From NCBI GenBank assembly GCA_965261395.1, contig OZ253462.1, forward strand, positions 3,520,001-3,584,000: 64,000 nucleotides of DNA. The letters are read 5' to 3'. A program made the position numbers and the translations under genes. The notes under the pieces were generated by a model. It saw only the letters and a list, made by a program, of their open reading frames with translations. It was not told where the DNA came from and ran no database searches. Source of the DNA: Candidatus Latescibacterota bacterium (GTDB taxonomy: Bacteria > Latescibacterota > UBA2968 > UBA8231). Below are positions 57,729-64,000 of the stretch, piece after piece (position 1 is the stretch's first letter; each line of letters begins with the position of its first letter).

Positions 57729-60065
57729 TCAGTACGCCACAGCGATGGCGTGCAGTGCTGTATCGTCGCCGGCGTCAGCTCCTAGGTCAATGCGGCAGAG
57801 GTAGGTGCCGGGTGGCATGAGGTCGCCTTGGGCAGCGCTTCCGTTCCAGGTGAAAACATAGGCTACGCCGTCGATGGCTGGGGCCGCTAGTTCGGCGACC
57901 GGCCTTCCGGCAAGGTCGAAAATGCGCACTTGGGGCGTGCGTTGCTCGACCTTGAAGGCGACGAAGCGGATAACTACTTCGTCGTTGATGCCGTCGCCGT
58001 TGGGAGTGAGTACTGGCGAGGAAATCGAGAGGTCGTCAATGAGCTGGGTAGTGCCGGTCAGAGCGGGGAGCATGACGATATTGGCGCGGCGCGTCAGCGG
58101 CTCGACCGATTGCCACAGGTCTGGATGGCCGCTCGAACCTAAGTCGAGGCCGAAGAGCGTGGCGTTGTGTAGTACGCGGGTGGTGAAGCTGACTTGGACG
58201 GAGTCGGTGGTGATGGCACGGGGCAGGTCGATTTGCAGGGCGTCGGCGCGGATGTCTATGGAAGATGGCTCGATGTGGGTGCCGCCCGCGCGGACTTCGA
58301 CATCGGACGCTTCAGCGGGGAGGGCAAAGCGCAGCAAGTCGAAGCCCGCGTGGGCGGCATCGGCCGCGGACAACAGGGTGTAGGTGAAGCGAGTGTCCTC
58401 GTTGGGCAGGGCGACTCTGGGGGCGATTTGGCCCTGGGCGCCCTGTAACAGCGCGTCCTTGTACTCAAGCGACAGCGCGTCAATTGCGGGTGCCGCCTGT
58501 GGATCGTCGGTCGAGAGGATCATCTCCAACTGCACGAAGCGACGCGGGCTTTGCGACTTGAATGCCTCGCCGGAAAAGGTGTACGCCTTGCTCCACGCAT
58601 CCCAATCCTCGCTGACCACGACGGTGGTGTCGATCCTTCCCCGCAGCACTTTGGGCAGGCTGAGCCATTTCTCTTCAGTGACCGGCTCGCCGATCTTGTC
58701 GTGGAAGGCATAGACCTCGCCCTGGGTGTTGCCCGAGCGCGAGTGCACTTGCAGGCGAGTGCCGGGCGGAATGTCGGCGTCCCAAGAGAGGTGGCTGATG
58801 ACTTTGGCACGCCCATCGCCAGCGGCCGTGCCGAGATCGATAAAGTCCGAATGCATGACGACCTCGGCGGGGTGGCCCGGCGAAAAGAGCATCAGCTCGG
58901 TCCAGCGCGAACCCCATTCCTGGGGGGTGTGGGCGTGCCAGAACAGGTAGCGGACCCTGCGCGGTTGGAACAGATAGCGCAGATAGCGCATGGAGCCGGG
59001 GTCGGGTTGGTCGATGAGGGTAGCAAAGTCAAAGGATTCGGGGATGGGGAGCTGGGAGCTGATGACGCGGGTGCCGTCCGAGTGGAGAAAGTTAAAGCCT
59101 CTCGGAGCGCTGGCCACGCTCCCGACCGTGCCCTCGCGCGGCCTGAGCGCGTAGAGGAAAAGCTCGTCGAGCCAGAATACGGCCCCTAAGTCGATGAAGA
59201 ACCAGGTGCCCTGATCTTCCCAACTGCGGACGCGGCCCTCAAAGCCTACGGGCAGGATGGAGCTGGCGGTGTTCATGTCGCCGTCGAGGATATTTTCGTT
59301 AGAGCGGGCGGTAAGCCCGTTGATGATGCCGCCGCGCTGGTCGTTGCCCAAGCTGACGTTGTCGCCGACGGCGATGACTTCGACCTCGGCTAAGGCACCT
59401 TCAGGCTCTAGGTCTTCGACTGTGAAGTTGATGTACTGGATGAGGCGGTACTGGTTGAACTCTTCCAGATCGACGTTGAGACTAGGGTCGAGGACCTGGG
59501 CGCTGTCCTGGAGGTCGAAGGCGAGGGGGATTGAGATGGTGGTATCCCTGTTAGGTTGAGTCGTCAGATAAACCGGCCGAAAAATAAAGAGGTCGCCGAG
59601 GGCGTCGGAAGTGATGCCGGTGGCGGTGAAGACGGTGAACTGGCGGAAGGGGCGGGCGCCTTCTTGGTCGGGAAAGTGCAGGCGGATCTCTTTGGCCAGC
59701 ACGGCGCGACCGAGGTCAATCTGCACGAACCAGTCGCCGAGCACGTCGTCGGCCGAGGCCTGCCAGAAGGTCGCGCGGTTGCCGTCCATGACCCGTCTGG
59801 CTGCGGCTGGGTTGCTGCCGGCTTCCCAGATCCCGCCCGGCACGTTGGCACCGCGCGAGCGGGTGTGGTGGGTAAAGTCGGGCGCGTCGGCTACGGCGTT
59901 GATATCCTTGCGGAATTTGACCAGCCGCAACTGACCGCGGTCGCCAAACTCGATCAGGCCATAGGGCTTCTTCCAGGTTGACCAGCTAGCGGCGCTGTCG
60001 AAGCGGAATTCTGCGGCGGCGAGCGCGGTTGCCGAACAGAGGACCCAAAGCAGTAGAGGACGCAT
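57729..60065 (-). CDS. Type-A cassette protein A1
   Basis: Signal peptide; collinear with A3 (KFRKDIN, FPDQEGARPFRQF, GTWF..DLGA, SRSGN, LTPNGDGIND, IAVAY). Confidence 0.88.
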   Translation of the reverse strand: MRPLLLWVLCSATALAAAEFRFDSAASWSTWKKPYGLIEFGDRGQLRLVKFRKDINAVADAPDFTHHTRSRGANVPGGIWEAGSNPAAARRVMDGNRATFWQASADDVLGDWFVQIDLGRAVLAKEIRLHFPDQEGARPFRQFTVFTATGITSDALGDLFIFRPVYLTTQPNRDTTISIPLAFDLQDSAQVLDPSLNVDLEEFNQYRLIQYINFTVEDLEPEGALAEVEVIAVGDNVSLGNDQRGGIINGLTARSNENILDGDMNTASSILPVGFEGRVRSWEDQGTWFFIDLGAVFWLDELFLYALRPREGTVGSVASAPRGFNFLHSDGTRVISSQLPIPESFDFATLIDQPDPGSMRYLRYLFQPRRVRYLFWHAHTPQEWGSRWTELMLFSPGHPAEVVMHSDFIDLGTAAGDGRAKVISHLSWDADIPPGTRLQVHSRSGNTQGEVYAFHDKIGEPVTEEKWLSLPKVLRGRIDTTVVVSEDWDAWSKAYTFSGEAFKSQSPRRFVQLEMILSTDDPQAAPAIDALSLEYKDALLQGAQGQIAPRVALPNEDTRFTYTLLSAADAAHAGFDLLRFALPAEASDVEVRAGGTHIEPSSIDIRADALQIDLPRAITTDSVQVSFTTRVLHNATLFGLDLGSSGHPDLWQSVEPLTRRANIVMLPALTGTTQLIDDLSISSPVLTPNGDGINDEVVIRFVAFKVEQRTPQVRIFDLAGRPVAELAAPAIDGVAYVFTWNGSAAQGDLMPPGTYLCRIDLGADAGDDTALHAIAVAY

Positions 60066-60071
60066 TGGCCG

Positions 60072-62081
60072 TTAATAGGCAAGGCCCAAGGCCAATAGCT
60101 GTTTGGCTTGGACGAACTGGGTTTGCAGGGCGATGGAGAGTAGGTAGAGGCCCGGCGGGAGGAGCTGGCCGGTCTCGTCGCGGCCGTCCCAGGTGATCGC
60201 GCGCGGGCCGGAGTCTTGCAGCCCTTGGTCGAGGCGGGCGATGCGGCGACCGTCCAAGGCGTACACTTCCAGTGCCACGGGCACGGGACCGGGGAGGTGG
60301 AAGAGCGAATAACGCATCTGGAGCTGGTCGTGGATGCCGTCGCCATTGGGGGTCAGCACCGGGGTGGACAAAGCGAGCGCTTGGATGAAATCGAGTGTCT
60401 CGTCGCCCGCGCCCAGCACCCGCAGGCTGTTGGTGGAGACCGCCTCGCTGGCGTCGCCGGCTAGGATTGGTTGGGGGAGCGATTCGCCGTCGGCGACAAA
60501 GATCTCGCCGGCAAAGGTGGAGGCGAATTCAAAGACTTCGGCGGCGAAGACCACGCGGATCGGCGCGTTGTTGGTGCCGGTGACGCGCTGGGGCAATTGG
60601 ATCACCAAACCGTCGTCTTCCTCTACTGCGACTGGATTGACCGAGACGAGTGGGGTGCCCATTTCGAGGCGGCGAAAGGCGGTGCGATTGCCGGTGTGGA
60701 TCCTAAGCGCGTCGAAGCCGGGAGCGGTGCTACCGTCGAATACGGCCCGCACCTGATAGACGAATTCGGTCTGTTGGCCCAAGGCGACTTCGGTAAAGCC
60801 GCGCTTGGGCTGCGGGTCGTCGCGTCGAGCCACTTCGGCGAATACCTCAGCGGCCAATAGCGGCGCGGTCTCGATCCACAGCGAGTCAATCCGCATCCAA
60901 GCGTCGAAGTCGCGGCTTTCTAAGGAGAGTTCCACTTGGAGATGCGATCCGCTCCTGAGCCGGATTGGCTGGCCCGATTCGGTAAAGGGCACCGACCAGA
61001 AGGACCAGTTGGCAGAATCGTAGCCGATGGAGGCGCGGATCCCGGGCCGTGGGTCGCGGTTGAGTTGGGCGGTGAGTGTCTCGTATTGCTCGCGCGAGAC
61101 CTCCTTCTCTCGGCCGATGTTGGTGTATTCGTGGTAGGTCGCCGGGCTGTCATCGCGGCCGACGCGGACTTTGGCCTTGAGCCAGACTGGGGCGTCGGGA
61201 TCTGCGACGACCACGCCATCGACCAAGCGCAGCGGCGTGCCTGCCCAGTGCAGGCGGCCAAAATTCACCACTCGGCCCAGATCGACGACTTGGCTGAGGT
61301 ACACTACGCGCTGCGGGATGCCTTGGCCGAAGATCTCGAATCCCCCGATTGAGCCTTTGAGCGCGATGGCTTGGTTGCCTTGGCCTCCGCAGTCGCGGCA
61401 GATGTTGAGCGCTTCCTCGTCGGCCAGCGACAATTGGCGGCGCCAGCGGAAGAAGCGGACGTACTGGCGGGGGATTTCTATCTGAACGGAGGGTTCGAAG
61501 TTGGCACCGACATTGGCGATGGTTTTTTCAAAGAGATCGTTGCCACCCCACTGAACGGCCGGTTCGGTGTCCGTGCCGATCGAGACATCGAAAGCCGGGA
61601 CCGCGTCGAAGGGCAGCGGTGTGCCGTCAGAGCGGAAGCCCTGCGAGGGAGTGAAGAAGCCGAAGCGCACGGCGGGGATCGGCACGGCGGTGTCGAAGGA
61701 GAAGAAAGTGGCTCCGACCGATTCGGACCGGGGGGCGTTGTAAGTCGTGGAATCGCGATCAACTAGGAAAACGCCGCTTTGGGTCGGATCGCCGCCGGCA
61801 CCGCCCCAGCGGTTCCAGAAGCGGGGTTTCTGGCCATCGACATAGCCGAGGTTGTACAAGGGGGGTTCGCGCCAGAACTCCCAGTTTTCCAGCAAGTGAA
61901 TGACGTTTTGATCTGGCTGCAAGTAGAGCGGCTGGATCGCACCGTCGACAAAATCGACAAGGACGTGGAGGGAGTCGCGCTGATCCCACGCCATGCCACT
62001 GCCGCCCAGTTGCCACTTTGCTACTTGAGCGTGGCTGGGTGCGACGGCGAGGATTAGCATCAAAGGCCAAGCACTGCGCAT
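60072..62081 (-). CDS. Type-B cassette protein B0
   Basis: Start moved to ATG 62081 (MRSAWPLML..., signal peptide ending SHA); collinear with B1/B2; ends LGLAY. Confidence 0.85.
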   Translation of the reverse strand: MRSAWPLMLILAVAPSHAQVAKWQLGGSGMAWDQRDSLHVLVDFVDGAIQPLYLQPDQNVIHLLENWEFWREPPLYNLGYVDGQKPRFWNRWGGAGGDPTQSGVFLVDRDSTTYNAPRSESVGATFFSFDTAVPIPAVRFGFFTPSQGFRSDGTPLPFDAVPAFDVSIGTDTEPAVQWGGNDLFEKTIANVGANFEPSVQIEIPRQYVRFFRWRRQLSLADEEALNICRDCGGQGNQAIALKGSIGGFEIFGQGIPQRVVYLSQVVDLGRVVNFGRLHWAGTPLRLVDGVVVADPDAPVWLKAKVRVGRDDSPATYHEYTNIGREKEVSREQYETLTAQLNRDPRPGIRASIGYDSANWSFWSVPFTESGQPIRLRSGSHLQVELSLESRDFDAWMRIDSLWIETAPLLAAEVFAEVARRDDPQPKRGFTEVALGQQTEFVYQVRAVFDGSTAPGFDALRIHTGNRTAFRRLEMGTPLVSVNPVAVEEDDGLVIQLPQRVTGTNNAPIRVVFAAEVFEFASTFAGEIFVADGESLPQPILAGDASEAVSTNSLRVLGAGDETLDFIQALALSTPVLTPNGDGIHDQLQMRYSLFHLPGPVPVALEVYALDGRRIARLDQGLQDSGPRAITWDGRDETGQLLPPGLYLLSIALQTQFVQAKQLLALGLAY

Positions 62082-62179
62082 CGGGCACCGCATCTCCGCT
62101 GAGGTAACATGCTGCTGGGAAGATAATGCAAAAAGAGCCATGCGCGGAATTAAATAATCACCGCTATGGCTAGGAACTC

Positions 62180-64000
62180 CTAATAGGCGACGGCGATGGT
62201 GCGCAGCATCGTATCGTCACCGGCGTCGGCACCGAGATCGACGCGCAGGACGTAGATGCCGGGGGCCGCGTTCGCTCCGTTGGCGTCGCGGCCATCCCAA
62301 GTGAAGAGGCGGTGCAATCCCTCGGTACTTGGGGCGAGGACGGCTACTTGGTGCCCGGCGAGGTCGAAGACTTCCACTTGCGGCTCGCGGCCTTCGGCTT
62401 TAAGGACGACGAACCGCACCTCTAGCCGGTCGTTGATGCCGTCGCCGTTGGGCGTGAGTGTCGGCGAGGAGACGAAGAAGTCGCTGATGAGCTGGCTGCT
62501 ACTGGTTAGTTCGGGCAGCATGACGATATTGGCACGGCGTGCGGCCGGTTCGACCGACTGCCAACGGCCCGGATGCGTGCTGGAGCCTAAGTCCAACGCG
62601 AAGAGGGTGGCGTTGCGCACCAAGTGGGTGGTAAAGTGGACGCGGACCGAATCGTCTCGGATCGGATCGGGTAAGGCGATGAGCAGGGAGTCTCCGCGCA
62701 GGGAGGTCGATGCCGGCGAGACGGTTTCTGTGCCCTTCTCCACGCTCACGCTGTGCAGATTGAGCGGACCCGGCAGGTCGAAGCGCATCAGGTCGAAGCC
62801 GACGTCATCAGGGCTGGCGCTGGGCAGTAGGGTATAAGTGAAGGAAGTCTCCTCATTGGGGAGGGCACTGCGCGGCTCGACGCGGCCACGGGCACTCTGG
62901 AGCAGCGCGTCGTCGAATTCGATCGACAGCGCGTTGACTGCGGGCGCGACTTCGGGGCGGTCGGTAGCGAGAATCAGCTCCAGTTGCGCGAAGCGACGCG
63001 GACTTTGCGACTTAAAGGTTTCGCCGGAAAATTGGTACACATTGCTCCAAGCGTCCCAGTCCTCGCCGACGACCAGCAAGGTATCGATAGGACCGCGCAG
63101 CACCTTGGGCGAGCTATTCCATTTTTCTTCGGTGATTGCTTCGCCGATCTTATTGTGAAACGTATAGACCGGTGCCAGCGCGTTACCCGAACGAGAGCGC
63201 AGTTGCATCCTAGCCCCTATGGGCAGATCGGCGTCCCAGTGCAGGGCCTTGATGACTTTGGGCCGCCCGTCGCCGGTTTCCTCACCGAGGTCAATAAAGC
63301 CGGAGCGCAGCGAGACTTGGGCGGGATAGCCCGGCGAGAACAGCATAAATTCGCCCCATTTGGATTCGAGCCAATCGCGGTCGGTCAGGCCGTGCCAGAA
63401 CATATAGCGCATCCTGCGCGGCCTGAATTTGTAGCGTATGCGGTAGAGGCCATCCGCCTTGGGGTTGACGTGCGTGAGCAGTTCGCCGTAGTCGAGCGGC
63501 GCAGGTACGGGTAGGGAAGTGCCCACGCTGAGCGAGCCGTCCGAGACTAGGATGCTGTGACCTGGGCCAGCCGAGCCGCGGTGATAGCCCGCAGTGCCCT
63601 CAAAAGGTTGGAGCACGTAGAGGAACAGTTCATCGACGAAGAACACAGCGCCTAGATCGACGTAAAACCAAGTGCCTGCTTTCTCCCAGCCTTGGTCGCC
63701 GCGGCCGGAGGTGATGAGATTGGTGGTGTTGATATCGGCGTCGAAGAGGTTGCCCGGGACGGCGGCTACCGTGCCGTTGAGGAAGGTGCCGCGCCCGGCG
63801 GTGCCGATGCTGATATTGTCGCCCACAGTGAGCACTTCGACTTCGCCCAGCGCCGCATCTAGGCTTTGTTCTTCGACGATGATACTGATGTACTGAATCA
63901 CTTGGTAGTGGTTTTCAAAGGTGCGATCAATGGCCATAGCTGGATCGACCGTCAGGAGGGTGTCGGCGGCCGGATACTCGAGGGGAATGGTCAGGGAAGT
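62180..64000 (-). CDS. Type-A cassette protein A0 (5'-partial, continues beyond the right edge)
   Basis: Frame is open to the window end (TSLTIPLEYPAADTLL...); collinear with A1/A3; ends IAVAY. Confidence 0.88.
   Translation of the reverse strand, partial: TSLTIPLEYPAADTLLTVDPAMAIDRTFENHYQVIQYISIIVEEQSLDAALGEVEVLTVGDNISIGTAGRGTFLNGTVAAVPGNLFDADINTTNLITSGRGDQGWEKAGTWFYVDLGAVFFVDELFLYVLQPFEGTAGYHRGSAGPGHSILVSDGSLSVGTSLPVPAPLDYGELLTHVNPKADGLYRIRYKFRPRRMRYMFWHGLTDRDWLESKWGEFMLFSPGYPAQVSLRSGFIDLGEETGDGRPKVIKALHWDADLPIGARMQLRSRSGNALAPVYTFHNKIGEAITEEKWNSSPKVLRGPIDTLLVVGEDWDAWSNVYQFSGETFKSQSPRRFAQLELILATDRPEVAPAVNALSIEFDDALLQSARGRVEPRSALPNEETSFTYTLLPSASPDDVGFDLMRFDLPGPLNLHSVSVEKGTETVSPASTSLRGDSLLIALPDPIRDDSVRVHFTTHLVRNATLFALDLGSSTHPGRWQSVEPAARRANIVMLPELTSSSQLISDFFVSSPTLTPNGDGINDRLEVRFVVLKAEGREPQVEVFDLAGHQVAVLAPSTEGLHRLFTWDGRDANGANAAPGIYVLRVDLGADAGDDTMLRTIAVAY

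Larger units (their letters stand above)
52763..57878. repeat. Direct tandem duplication, unit 2552 bp, bounded by 12-bp GCCGTCGATGGC
   Basis: 12-mer at 52763, 55315 and 57867 (spacing 2552 and 2552); B2 53058-55091 and B1 55610-57643 are offset by exactly 2552. Confidence 0.92.

Noticed and set aside
52763-57878. 12-bp repeats as recombinase sites or IS target duplications
   Set aside because: No recombinase or transposase nearby; the repeats are ordinary AIDG codons in unrelated gene parts.
50696-64000. Diversity-generating retroelement as the source of A/B variation
   Set aside because: No reverse transcriptase or TR/VR pair in the window; differences are not adenine-specific and include many synonymous changes.

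Overview
Bacterial DNA with no rRNA, tRNA, CRISPR array or intact transposase visible. Gene content (DUF6785 permease, CRTAC1/ASPIC-UnbV, many FlgD-Ig/T9SS-like C-terminal domains, PhyH, a Poribacteria-type WD40 protein) suggests an FCB-group organism such as Ca. Latescibacterota, possibly sponge-associated; this is an inference. Most genes are on the minus strand. (1) 1-16.9 kb: envelope and glycan-catabolism genes (DUF4340, two TPR proteins including a 1095-aa one, a lipoprotein, a CsgG/FlgT-like protein, CRTAC1, DUF6785, GH-like, BNR, PL11-like, ankyrin). (2) 17-36 kb: a transglutaminase-like gene, then an operon with two CTD-tagged secreted proteins, three tightly coupled paralogous ~950-aa putative outer-membrane proteins of a family I cannot name, DUF5683, an FN3 lipoprotein, membrane-anchored DUF4159 and an SSS transporter. 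This is a candidate undescribed secretion/surface-display or uptake system. (3) 36-50 kb: a metabolic patchwork (dcd, GNAT, PhyH, AlkB, NanA-like) with a damaged kinase-Omp85/DUF4956 insert next to a truncated arsC. (4) 50.7-64 kb: a tandem array of two-gene B+A cassettes encoding secreted discoidin-like/FlgD-Ig proteins with a conserved scaffold and hypervariable loops. It includes an exact 2552-bp duplication bounded by a 12-bp microhomology that created a chimeric pseudogene. Family assignments come from motif recognition by eye, not database searches.
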